NCBI GenBank assembly: GCA_965223425.1
Contig: OZ245003.1
Location: forward strand, 2,432,001 to 2,496,000
Length of the DNA: 64,000 nucleotides
Source: Nitrosopumilus sp.
Lineage (GTDB): Archaea; Thermoproteota; Nitrososphaeria; Nitrososphaerales; Nitrosopumilaceae
Direction: 5' to 3'
Shown piece after piece: positions 1-9,212 of this stretch (its first letter is position 1; every line of letters starts with the position of its first letter). The notes under the pieces were generated by a model. It saw nothing but the letters and a program-made list of their open reading frames with translations. It did not search any database and had not been told where the DNA came from. Made by a program: the position numbers and the translations under genes.

Positions 1-1462
1 CAGAGTCATTTGAACCAATGACTATCATATCATTTTCATGAAAGCTCCAGGTGGAGGCAAACGCGCCAATATCGGCTCCAAAGTTTTCCAGAAATCCAAT
101 GCTGTGTCTGGATGTCCCGTTAATTCTATCAAATGCTGCAACCTTCCAGACATCAGAATCTAAAGAGGCAGGGACATGGCCGTCCTTTGGATGCAGTTCA
201 GCTGATCCGATTTTTGTAATTATCTCAGTCTGCATAAATATTGTATTTGCAAGAACGTCTTTCTTTCTTGATTTAACAAGAAAATCATTTTTTGAGAATT
301 TTTTTAGTTTGACGGTTTTTTTAATCCAGGGCGGTATGGTTTTTTTCTTGAAGGGTACTACAAAACGTCCATTTGAAACCACGAGCTTTCCACCCACAAA
401 GACTTTGCTTGGTTTGAATGATTTCAAGTCATTAAAAACCAGAATGTCTGCTAGTTTTCCAGGTGCTATACTGCCAAGATCTTTTCCCATGTTGTAATAG
501 TCAAAACTGTTCTTAGATGCCATTGTAACTGCGTCTATAGGTTTGAGGCCAAGCTTGATTGATTCCCTGATGCAATGATCAATATGGCCAAATTTTTCAA
601 TATCTAGCGGATCAATGCCATCTGAGCAAAACATCAGGCGGTTAAGATAAGTTCCGTGAGACAAAACACGGGGAATGATTTCCTTCAGGTCGCGCCTTAT
701 CGAGCCTTCCCTAATCATTACCCACATTCCAAGACGCAGTCTTTCTAAGACCTGATCAAAATTAATCGGTTCGTGACAAGAGAGTATGCCTGATGAAACA
801 TAGGCATTGAGTTTTTTTTCACTTATGCCTGCTGTATGCCCATTAATTATACAATCACACTCCAGCATTGCAGAGAGGGATTTCATTGTTTTGGGTTCAC
901 GCAAGGTAACTCTAGTCCACGAAAAAACTTCCCCTAGGCCAAGAACGTGGGGGTGTTTTATTGCGGATTTTTCCTGCGATAGCGAGAGATGCTTGCTGTT
1001 GCTAAATTTTGCATCCACTGGAAGGCCTCCTGGAACTACCTGAAAAAGTCTTGCCGGTAGATCCTCTCCAAGTTTGAGGAATTCTTGAAAGCCCTTGTAA
1101 CCTGAAACGCTAACAATGTCAATCGGATCAGAAAAAAGAGAGGTGACGCCGCAAAGAAGTGCCTTTTTTACAAATTCAGACGGCAATACAAATTGGTCAA
1201 TGTGCAGGTGGGGATCTGCAAAACCGGGGCTTGCATATTTTCCGTTTATATCAATGACTTTGGTTTTTGGACCCATTGTATGCGCAGCATCCGGGCCAAC
1301 ATATGCAATCCTGTCATCAGTTATTGCAATCTGGGTTTTTGGAATAACTTCCTTGGTATATACTGACAACAAGTTACAGTTTTTCAAAACCAGATCAGCT
1401 TTTTTGTCACCCATTGCTACAGAATTCAAGGAAGAGATCGAATGCGCTAGACTCGAAGTCAC
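1..1462 (-). CDS. ade: Adenine deaminase (3' end runs off window start)
   Basis: Not in the ORF track. Manual minus-strand translation from GTG at 1462 gives MTSSLAHSISSLNSVAMGDKKADLVLKNCNLL...PGFADPHLHID (amidohydrolase HxH motif), typical of adenine deaminase. Confidence 0.85.
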   Translation of the reverse strand, partial: MTSSLAHSISSLNSVAMGDKKADLVLKNCNLLSVYTKEVIPKTQIAITDDRIAYVGPDAAHTMGPKTKVIDINGKYASPGFADPHLHIDQFVLPSEFVKKALLCGVTSLFSDPIDIVSVSGYKGFQEFLKLGEDLPARLFQVVPGGLPVDAKFSNSKHLSLSQEKSAIKHPHVLGLGEVFSWTRVTLREPKTMKSLSAMLECDCIINGHTAGISEKKLNAYVSSGILSCHEPINFDQVLERLRLGMWVMIREGSIRRDLKEIIPRVLSHGTYLNRLMFCSDGIDPLDIEKFGHIDHCIRESIKLGLKPIDAVTMASKNSFDYYNMGKDLGSIAPGKLADILVFNDLKSFKPSKVFVGGKLVVSNGRFVVPFKKKTIPPWIKKTVKLKKFSKNDFLVKSRKKDVLANTIFMQTEIITKIGSAELHPKDGHVPASLDSDVWKVAAFDRINGTSRHSIGFLENFGADIGAFASTWSFHENDMIVIGSNDS

Positions 1463-1615
1463 AGTTTTAATTAGATTTTGCGCCTATTATAGATGGTTCT
1501 GTCAAGTTATAGGCACCTGAAAATTTTCAATTCAGGGAAGATCCATATTTTAGCTTTCGAAGATTACATAGAACCGAGGATAGGCGTACATAAATGCTCC
1601 AAAATCATAGAATAT

Positions 1616-2810
1616 TTGTTGAAGGCAACAAAGTCAGTAGCACAAAAATATACACCAAACTCTGACCTAATGGATATGATGGTCACATTCACAGAAATGG
1701 TTAACCGTTGCATCAAGACAGGGTTAAAAGAAGACACACACAATATGAAAGGGTTATCATGTCTATGCTATCACGAATTGAGAGACTGACATTTTATCGT
1801 CATACAAACTAAATGCAATATCAAGGGCTGCTGGCATACTGGCAAACAGAAAACAGTCAATAAAACGTGGCATCAAGGTTAGATACCCAAAGGTAACAAA
1901 GCCGTTTATCACTAATTGTTATGGTATAAAACACAATGGTGCACTACTCACAATCCCATACAAGAGTAGAAATCCAATCAACGTCTTGTTAAACCCACAC
2001 ACCCAAAAAATCCTGTCGAATCCTGCCTTGACAGTACGCTCGTTTTCATTGACTGCCCTCAACATCAGTCTTTGTGTTTCCAAGGAAACTGAAAAGATAG
2101 AATGTACAAAGACAGTAGGAATCGATAGAAATTTGAGGAATGTTACATGTGGCAATGAGGGACAGGTAACATTTTACAAGACAAACAAACTGCTATCCAT
2201 AAAAGAGAACACCATGCACGCCAGAGCCGGATTCTACAGAAATGATCGCAGAAAGAAAGGCCAATTCTGGAAGATAAAACAGCGAAGAATGGCCAATAGA
2301 ACAAAACAATACATACACAGAATATCAAAAGATATTGTGGATAATGCCGTCAAAGAAAAGGCTGTAATCGTTCTAGAAAACCTAAAAGGAATTAGAAAAC
2401 TCTACAAAAAAGGAAATGGCCAAGGCAACAAGTATAGGCGCAGATTAAACGGATGGCAATTCTACGAGCTGCAACGCCAAATAGAATACAAAGCCCAATG
2501 GGTCGGGCTCCCACCAGTCGAATATGTAGACCCAAAAAACACGAGCAAGATGTGTCCAAGATGCGGAAAGAAACTCCAAGAGGACATGCAACACAGTCGT
2601 AAAATGTCGTGTAATAATTGCGGATTGTACATGGACAGAGACATTGTAGCTGCCATGAACATATCACGCAAACTGTCCCCTAGGTTTAGGGATAGTAGAG
2701 ATGACATAGGTGAAGCGCAGTCCGGTGTTTTTGAACCGGCGATGATGGAACCCTGCATACCGGTAATCCAGATAGTCGATATGTCAAAGTCGAGTGATAG
2801 GTGCCTATAA
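1616..2810 (+). pseudogene. tnpB: TnpB/Cas12f-like RNA-guided nuclease, one frameshift at about 1787
   Basis: The N-terminal frame (LLKATKSVAQKY...CYHELRD*) continues in another frame (DILSSYKLNAISRAAGIL...) into ORF 1986-2810. RuvC motifs GIDRN, VLENL and DRDIVAAMNI plus a CPRC..CNNC zinc finger are present. Confidence 0.88.
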
Positions 2811-2822
2811 CTTGACAGAACC
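2670..2822 (+). ncRNA. Putative TnpB omega-RNA scaffold overlapping the tnpB 3' end
   Basis: Stems TGACATA(2702-2708)/TATGTCA(2780-2786) and CCGGT(2722-2726)/ACCGG(2735-2739). Position at the tnpB 3' end and element right end matches the known TnpB arrangement. The 5' boundary is a guess. Confidence 0.55.
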
Positions 2823-2867
2823 TTATAGATTCAATGCTTAAATTACGGTTTGGAAGGTTTTGTTGGT

Positions 2868-3149
2868 ATGAACATTCCCAAGGTGATCAGAAAGTATTGT
2901 GCAAAATGTAAAACACATACCGAACAAAAGGTCTCCATCTACAAGGCTGGAAAAAGACGCGGTTCTGCCAGAGGCGAACGCCGACACGCAGAACGTAAAC
3001 GGGGATATGGCGGACAAAAATTCCCAAAACTGGCAAAACCGGCCAAAGTTACAAAGAAAGTCACTCCCATTATGACATGTACAGTATGTAAAAAGAAATA
3101 CAACAAACCAGGTATCAGAATTAAAAAGTTCGAGTTGGTGGCCGCATGA
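2868..3149 (+). CDS. rpl44e: 50S ribosomal protein L44e
   Basis: MNIPKVIRKYCAKCKTHT...GYGGQKFP...CTVC. Confidence 0.97.
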   Translation: MNIPKVIRKYCAKCKTHTEQKVSIYKAGKRRGSARGERRHAERKRGYGGQKFPKLAKPAKVTKKVTPIMTCTVCKKKYNKPGIRIKKFELVAA

Positions 3150-3343
3150 AAAAGGATCACGTGGAAATTCCAAAACCATCAAGCGAATTTCAAAAAGTTA
3201 ACTGCAATGAATGTGGCGAGCTTCAAGTGGTTTATTCTCATGCAACAACATCGGTTGCATGCAACTCCTGTGGCAACGCCATTACAAAAGCGACAGGCTC
3301 AAAAGCCGAAATAAATGGCAAAGTCTTAAGTAGTGCCGAGTAA
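3146..3343 (+). CDS. rps27e: 30S ribosomal protein S27e
   Basis: PSSEFQKVNCNECG...VYSHA...CNSCG; follows rpl44e. Confidence 0.95.
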   Translation: MKKDHVEIPKPSSEFQKVNCNECGELQVVYSHATTSVACNSCGNAITKATGSKAEINGKVLSSAE

Positions 3344-3913
3344 ATCATAATCCTGCTTTGTGTTTAGATTAAGCGCAATTCTTTTGTCATCAATTACAAT
3401 ATAACTCTCATCTAAATTTTCAAGAGAAGAGATGCTTTTAGAATTTACCAGAGATATTCCGGTATAATGACACTCTTGATTTTCAAAATCAACGGAATAG
3501 TCTGATTTAATTCCAAGCGAAGTTAAAAACTTGTTTGTAACGACGACGCTAGTCCAGATGTTTTGAGGGTTGTATCGGGTGACAATTTTTTGTATGATTT
3601 GTTCATCCAGCAACGGCAGATCACCAGAAGTTACAAAAACATCATCATCATCAATAGTTTGAAGCACTGAACTTAGATCCTCAACATAGCCCATTCCAGA
3701 AGTATCAAAAGTTGCAACATTGTTTTCTTCTAGCAGTTTTTTTGTTTTGGGCGAGCCAGGACTAGTCACTGCTAAAATTTTTGCAAAGCGGTTTGAGCTT
3801 TTCAACGAGTCAATAACATGTAGGATTACTGGTTTTTTGTATTTGAGCAACAGTTTCTCATCATCCAAATTCATGCGAGTGCCTTTGCCGCCTGCCATCA
3901 CAATCCCAATCAT
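3326..3913 (-). CDS. cobY: Adenosylcobinamide-phosphate guanylyltransferase (CobY-like NTP transferase)
   Basis: MAGGKGTRM...EK motif, GDLPL, NLNT; adjacent to cobS. Confidence 0.85.
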   Translation of the reverse strand: MIGIVMAGGKGTRMNLDDEKLLLKYKKPVILHVIDSLKSSNRFAKILAVTSPGSPKTKKLLEENNVATFDTSGMGYVEDLSSVLQTIDDDDVFVTSGDLPLLDEQIIQKIVTRYNPQNIWTSVVVTNKFLTSLGIKSDYSVDFENQECHYTGISLVNSKSISSLENLDESYIVIDDKRIALNLNTKQDYDLLGTT

Positions 3914-4635
3914 ATTGAGACAAACACCATCAAAGAGGCCAATCTTGTAAGTTCGTTGGTTGCGCCAAGGACATCGCCTGTGATTCCGCCAAAACTACGA
4001 GTCGAAATGGCCAATACAAAAATTGTCAGGGTGACAGTAACGCCTAGCATTACAAGTCCGGCAGTCCCGCCAATAACAGCAACGGGAACAAGCATGATGA
4101 CAAAAGCTGCTGCAAGTTTCCTCTTGTCTTTCATAATTGAGACAAAAGGAGTGTTTGAGCCTAGTGAGGCAGAGTTTCCCAAACTAGCCATCAGCACCAT
4201 TGAGAATTTAGCCAAAATTTCACTAATCAAAACTGCCTTGAACAGATCAAACCCGCTTGTAAGGGAGATGGTGATTACCAGACCCATAAGATACAAAACA
4301 ATTCCAACTATTCCAGCAGAGCCGGCAGAAAGGTCTTTCATTACTTTTAGCTTTCTGTCTTTGCTACCCTTGGCCATAAGGCCATCTGCAAAATCAGCTA
4401 ATCCGTCTGCATGGTGAATTCCTGTCACAATTGCAAGGGAAGCCACTACCAACAGACTAACTAGCAAGGGATCCAAAAAGAAGGACAGCCCAAAACCGAA
4501 CGAACCGACTAAAAGTCCGATTGCAATTCCCACAATTGGAAAAACGTACATGTATTTTGCAATGTTTTCTAACGTTGCATTTGATGATGGAAAGATGGTC
4601 AGAAAGGAAAAGACAGAACCGATTTCTTTAAGCAT
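3910..4635 (-). CDS. cobS: Adenosylcobinamide-GDP ribazoletransferase (cobalamin synthase)
   Basis: FLTIFP, TGIHHADGLADFADG, FGGITGDVLGA; multi-pass membrane protein. Confidence 0.95.
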   Translation of the reverse strand: MLKEIGSVFSFLTIFPSSNATLENIAKYMYVFPIVGIAIGLLVGSFGFGLSFFLDPLLVSLLVVASLAIVTGIHHADGLADFADGLMAKGSKDRKLKVMKDLSAGSAGIVGIVLYLMGLVITISLTSGFDLFKAVLISEILAKFSMVLMASLGNSASLGSNTPFVSIMKDKRKLAAAFVIMLVPVAVIGGTAGLVMLGVTVTLTIFVLAISTRSFGGITGDVLGATNELTRLASLMVFVSI

Positions 4636-5599
4636 GAATCCACCATCCAATCACAGATAAAATAGAAATTATTGGAACAGTGATTATCCCAAAGAAAAGA
4701 AAAGAAGTAAGCTTCATCATTGTGATTGCAGAGCAAACATGCTGTTTTGTTAGCGTGGTTTTGCCATCGCCTAACTCGTAATGACTGATCTTTTCAAATT
4801 TTGTTCCAAGTGCGCCTGCCAATGCAGCCATAGGATATCCTGCGTTAGGACTTTCAGTGTTTCTGCCATCTCGTATCATTATTTTGTATGACTCCTTCCA
4901 ATTGTTTTGTAAAATAGCAGCCGAAATGATCATAATTAACCCCGTGATTCTAGAAGGAATGTAGTTTAAAATGGTGTCACATCTTGCGGCAAACCATCCT
5001 ACGTTTTTGAAGATATCAGTCTTGTATCCAATCATCGAATCTGCAGTGTTGACGACTCTGTACACAAATGCCCCAGGCAAGCCAAAAAGAGCGTAATAGA
5101 AAAGAGGTCCGGTGATTCCATCAACGGTATTTTCGCTGATGCTTTCAAGCACGCCTGAAATTACGTGGTTTCTGTCTAGATTTTTGGTGTTTCTCTTTAC
5201 TATCATGGCCAGACTTGCTCGTGCAGAATCCAAATCGTCGTGTTCCAGAGAATCTACTACGGCTAGAGCATAACGCTCCATGCCTCGAATTGCCATAGTG
5301 GTCTTGAGCAGGATTGCCCCAACCACAACTGTGGCAACCAGGATTATCCAATCAACTGCAAGTAATGAAATTCCTAGATTTAAAATCCAAAGCAACGCAA
5401 TAATTATTCCTACAGGCATTACAATTACAAAAACTCCTCCAAGTTTTTCAGCATACGCATTATGATTTTTAGCTAGCGGGGTCAGGTTTGCAATTAACGT
5501 GCCAATCCAAGCAGTAGGATGGTATCTGCTCTTAGGATCTCCAAAAGCAAAGTCCAATCCCAAGGCAAAGGCAACAATTACTGTAGATTCCAGAATCAT
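4628..5599 (-). CDS. cbiB: Cobinamide-phosphate synthase CbiB
   Basis: GDPxxxxHP, ESISENTVDG, YRVVNTADSMIGY, SPNAGYPMAA. Confidence 0.95.
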   Translation of the reverse strand: MILESTVIVAFALGLDFAFGDPKSRYHPTAWIGTLIANLTPLAKNHNAYAEKLGGVFVIVMPVGIIIALLWILNLGISLLAVDWIILVATVVVGAILLKTTMAIRGMERYALAVVDSLEHDDLDSARASLAMIVKRNTKNLDRNHVISGVLESISENTVDGITGPLFYYALFGLPGAFVYRVVNTADSMIGYKTDIFKNVGWFAARCDTILNYIPSRITGLIMIISAAILQNNWKESYKIMIRDGRNTESPNAGYPMAALAGALGTKFEKISHYELGDGKTTLTKQHVCSAITMMKLTSFLFFGIITVPIISILSVIGWWIHA

Positions 5600-6435
5600 T
5601 TTAACATCCTCTCAATTGCCTTGATGTTTAGGTTATTTTTTACAGTTTTTGCTAGTTTGCCTAGCTCCTTGTCAATTTTAGAAATATTGTGTCTAGTCCA
5701 GGCAATCTCTTTTGGTTTTGCATCAAGTGAGTCCTCTTCAGGCAAATCCATTTTCAGCATTGGGATGGTTCCCAAAACTGGAACCCTTGTAATTTGTTTT
5801 ATTTTTGCAAAGCCTGGTTTTAGTACATCTATATCTCCACGAAACTTGTTGAAGACAAATCCCTTGATCAGCTTTTGATATTTTTTTTCTAACAGTGTCA
5901 TGGTTCCCACCAAACTTGCAAAAGAGCCTCCCTTGTCAATATCGGATACCAGCAAAACAGATGCATTTACTTGCTCGGCAATAGACATGTTTGCAATATC
6001 AAATTTTTGCAAATTTATTTCTGCAGGAGAACCTGCGCCCTCTAGAATTACCAGATCATAGTTTTTTTCAAGCCTATCTAAAGAATCAGTCGCGGCTTTG
6101 ATTCCTTTTGATTTTACAAATTTTGCATAGTAGTCTTTTGCATGCATTTTCTTGTAACGCTTACCGTTAAGATAGACTGTACTATAGTAATTTCCCAACG
6201 GCTTGAGCATGATAGGATTGAGGTCCGGTGTGATTTGGCACCTGGCGCCTATTGCCTGGATTGCTTGGGCACGGGATATCTCAAAATCAGGCGTAGCATA
6301 GCCAAAATTTGACATGTTTTGTGATTTGAATGGCGCAACGCTGTAGCCTTTGTCAGCAAAGATTCGACACAATGCCGCAACTAACGTTGTCTTTCCAGCA
6401 CCGGAGGCAGTTCCCTGTATCATTAAAGGATTCAT
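5596..6435 (-). CDS. cobQ: Cobyric acid synthase (short form, synthetase domain only)
   Basis: MIQGTASGAGKT, PFKSQNMS, EGAGSPAEINL, NKFRGD, LPEEDS. Confidence 0.92.
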   Translation of the reverse strand: MNPLMIQGTASGAGKTTLVAALCRIFADKGYSVAPFKSQNMSNFGYATPDFEISRAQAIQAIGARCQITPDLNPIMLKPLGNYYSTVYLNGKRYKKMHAKDYYAKFVKSKGIKAATDSLDRLEKNYDLVILEGAGSPAEINLQKFDIANMSIAEQVNASVLLVSDIDKGGSFASLVGTMTLLEKKYQKLIKGFVFNKFRGDIDVLKPGFAKIKQITRVPVLGTIPMLKMDLPEEDSLDAKPKEIAWTRHNISKIDKELGKLAKTVKNNLNIKAIERMLK

Positions 6436-7511
6436 GCTACTGCCTCCAATGCACGTATCAGTTTTAGGTTATCCTTATGAGATTTTATTGCAATTCTGAT
6501 ATAATGATTGTTCAGACCCCTGAAACTCTTGCAATCGCGTATCAAGATTTTATGTTTTAACAGTCTCTTTTGAAGTTTTGTAGAGTCTTGCTTTGTTTTA
6601 ATCAGAATAAAATTGGTTGATGATGCATGACATTCAAATCCTTGAATATCGGCAATCCTGTTTTTAAGAAAATAAGATTCTTTTTTTATCATAGATTTTG
6701 ATTTTGTGATATGGGCCTTGTTCCTGATTGCAATCAATCCTGCTTCTTGGGCAAGAGCATTAACACTCCAAGGAATTTTCATCTTTTGTAAAATATCTAT
6801 AATTCGTTTGGAAGCTCCAGCATACCCTATTCTAATACCAGCTAAACCAAATGATTTTGTAAGTGATCTTAGCACAAAGAGGTTATCATGTTTTTTTATT
6901 AAATTTAATATTGACTGGTTTGATTCAGGAACCAATTCAATAAAACACTCATCAACAAACACAAAACAGGATTTTCTTTTGGCAGCGGAAATAATTCTAG
7001 TTAGCTGTTTTTTTGACAATACTGTTCCAGTGGGATTGTTTGGATTGCAAACAAAAATACATCCATTGGAAGGAATCTGAGAAATAAACGAATCAATGTG
7101 CTCAGAAAGGTTCATTGTTTTAAAAAAAACAATTTTACAGCCAGCCAGCTTTGCTGCAGCTTCATATTCTCCAAACGTGGGAATAGGAATCAAAACACGT
7201 TTTTTTGACAAAAAGGCACTGCAAAAATTATAGATTATCTCAAGTGCGCCATTTCCAACAATCAGATTTAATTCTGGCAATCCAGTATATTTTCTGAGGC
7301 CAGACATCAAGTCATTTGAATTTGGGTCTGGATAATGTTCTATTTGTCCCAGTCTTTTTTTCAAGAGAGGCTTTACAGATGCCGGCATTCCAGCAGGGCT
7401 TGTGTTTGAGCTAAAATCCACAATTCTGGGATCCCTATTGGCTACAGAATATCTTCCCCCATGAGGCACGGGATTATGTGTCGCAATAGCCGATTTTGTC
7501 CTTATTTTCAC
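6432..7511 (-). CDS. cobD: L-threonine-O-3-phosphate decarboxylase (class I/II aminotransferase fold)
   Basis: HGG, DFSSN, CNPNNPTG, DECFIE, RSLTKSFGLAGIRIGY; lies in the cob cluster. GTG start at 7511 is assumed. Confidence 0.85.
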   Translation of the reverse strand: MKIRTKSAIATHNPVPHGGRYSVANRDPRIVDFSSNTSPAGMPASVKPLLKKRLGQIEHYPDPNSNDLMSGLRKYTGLPELNLIVGNGALEIIYNFCSAFLSKKRVLIPIPTFGEYEAAAKLAGCKIVFFKTMNLSEHIDSFISQIPSNGCIFVCNPNNPTGTVLSKKQLTRIISAAKRKSCFVFVDECFIELVPESNQSILNLIKKHDNLFVLRSLTKSFGLAGIRIGYAGASKRIIDILQKMKIPWSVNALAQEAGLIAIRNKAHITKSKSMIKKESYFLKNRIADIQGFECHASSTNFILIKTKQDSTKLQKRLLKHKILIRDCKSFRGLNNHYIRIAIKSHKDNLKLIRALEAVA

Positions 7512-7596
7512 AGTACCAAATAAGAATGGGCAATATAGTATCTTTTGGTAATTTGAAAAACGATTATTAATTGAAATCAACCAGTCCTAGATCGTC

Positions 7597-8673
7597 GTGG
7601 AAAAGAAAAGAGTAGCAATTATTGGAGTGACAGGTGCCGTAGGACAGGAATTTGTCCAATCCTTAGATGGCCACCCATGGTTTGAGGTAACTCAAATCGC
7701 AGCTTCTGAACGTTCAGCAGATAAGAACTATCTGGATGCAATCAAAGATGCAAGTGGAATTATTGCATGGGATGTCAGTGGAGAAATTCCAGAATACATC
7801 AAATCAATGACTGTCAAGAAAATTGATGATCTTGATGTATCACAATTGGATTTAGTATTTTCAGCAGTAGAATCTGTAGCAGCACGTGATATTGAAACTA
7901 AAATGGCAGCAGACTTGCCAGTGATTTCAACTAGTTCCGCATACAGGTATGAAGAAGATGTTCCAATTCTCATTCCAGGCGTAAACGATGAACAAGCTGA
8001 ACTGCTCGAAATTCAAAAGAAAAATCGCAATTGGAAAGGTTGGGTAGCACCGCTGCCAAACTGCACTACCACCGGTTTGGCAATCACGCTAAAACCGCTA
8101 CTGGAAAAATATGGTGCAAAGAAAGTCATGATGACTTCAATGCAGGCCATCTCAGGTGGTGGAAAATCCGGAGTCTCTGCAATGGGAATCACTGATAACA
8201 TTCTGCCGTATATTCCAAAAGAAGAAGGAAAAGTTAGAACCGAGACAAGAAAGATTTTAGGCAAACTCAAGGACGGTAAAATAGAGGATGCAGATATCAG
8301 AGTTAGCTGTACCTGTACCAGGGTTCCTGTAATTGATGGACACACTGAATCAGTCTTTGTGGAAACTTCAAGAGACATTGATCCTGCAAAAGCTAAAGAG
8401 CTCTACAACTCTTACAATCAAAGCATTTCAGTTGAAGGACTGCCTTCTGCACCAAAAGATTACTATGCATTTCATGAAGATCCAACAAGGCCTCAACCAA
8501 GAATGGAGAGAACCGTCGGGGATGGAATGACGACAACTATCGGAAGAGTGGAAAAAGAAGAGTTGTTTGATAACGGTCTAAAGTACATGTTGTTCTCACA
8601 CAATAAAAAAATGGGTTCGGCAAAAGGTGCAGTGTTGTTAGCAGAAATGCTATACAAAAAAGGCAAGATTTAG
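7597..8673 (+). CDS. asd: Aspartate-semialdehyde dehydrogenase
   Basis: GVTGAVGQ, PNCTT, MQAISGGG, RVPVIDGH. Confidence 0.96.
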   Translation: MEKKRVAIIGVTGAVGQEFVQSLDGHPWFEVTQIAASERSADKNYLDAIKDASGIIAWDVSGEIPEYIKSMTVKKIDDLDVSQLDLVFSAVESVAARDIETKMAADLPVISTSSAYRYEEDVPILIPGVNDEQAELLEIQKKNRNWKGWVAPLPNCTTTGLAITLKPLLEKYGAKKVMMTSMQAISGGGKSGVSAMGITDNILPYIPKEEGKVRTETRKILGKLKDGKIEDADIRVSCTCTRVPVIDGHTESVFVETSRDIDPAKAKELYNSYNQSISVEGLPSAPKDYYAFHEDPTRPQPRMERTVGDGMTTTIGRVEKEELFDNGLKYMLFSHNKKMGSAKGAVLLAEMLYKKGKI

Positions 8674-8762
8674 ATTATTTTTTGCAATTTTTACAATAAT
8701 AACTTTATAAGAACCAGAAATCTAGATCGATTCGGGTGTTTTGAACGGTAAAAGTAGATGAC

Positions 8763-9212
8763 TTGGATTTGCAAATTTTATCAGAATTATCTAACGACGC
8801 GTCAATTTCTGTTCCACGGCTGTCAAAAAAGATCAAAGTTAACTCGTCAGTGATATATTCAAGAATCAAAAGACTGACCAAAAGAAAGCTAATTGAGCGG
8901 TTTACAATCATTGTTAATGATGCTGAACTTGGCTATAGTGTCAAAGCTCTAACTGGAATTAACATGGACACAAAAAAACGCGATCACATAATTGACGAAT
9001 TATTCAAAATTGATGGGGTACGGGAAGTGGCAGAAGTTACAGGCAGGTTTGACATATTGATAACCATGTATTCAAAATCACTAGATCAAATGCACAAAAT
9101 GGTTTCTGAACGAATAGGCAGGATTGAAGGAATCCAGTCCTCAGAGTCGTTTATTGAAATGAAATCACGTGCCAAAGTAATGCCATATATGTCATCAAAG
9201 GATAGTGACTAG
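8763..9212 (+). CDS. Lrp/AsnC family transcriptional regulator
   Basis: N-terminal HTH (DLQILSEL...RIKRL), EVTGRFD RAM domain. Confidence 0.92.
   Translation: MDLQILSELSNDASISVPRLSKKIKVNSSVIYSRIKRLTKRKLIERFTIIVNDAELGYSVKALTGINMDTKKRDHIIDELFKIDGVREVAEVTGRFDILITMYSKSLDQMHKMVSERIGRIEGIQSSESFIEMKSRAKVMPYMSSKDSD

Larger units (their letters stand above)
1495..2822 (+). mobile_element. Non-autonomous TnpB-carrying element with IS6-type ends
   Basis: Perfect 24-bp TIR: GGTTCTGTCAAGTTATAGGCACCT (1495-1518) and its reverse complement (2799-2822). 8-bp direct repeat TTATAGAT at 1487-1494 and 2823-2830. The only cargo is tnpB. Confidence 0.9.

Noticed and set aside
51-1520. Plus-strand ORFs 51-497, 807-1043 and 1116-1520
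   Set aside because: Antisense shadows of the minus-strand adenine deaminase gene.
1616-2810. Cas12f/Cas14 CRISPR effector
   Set aside because: No CRISPR array or cas1/cas2/cas4 nearby; the gene lies within TIRs and a TSD, which fits a transposon-borne TnpB.
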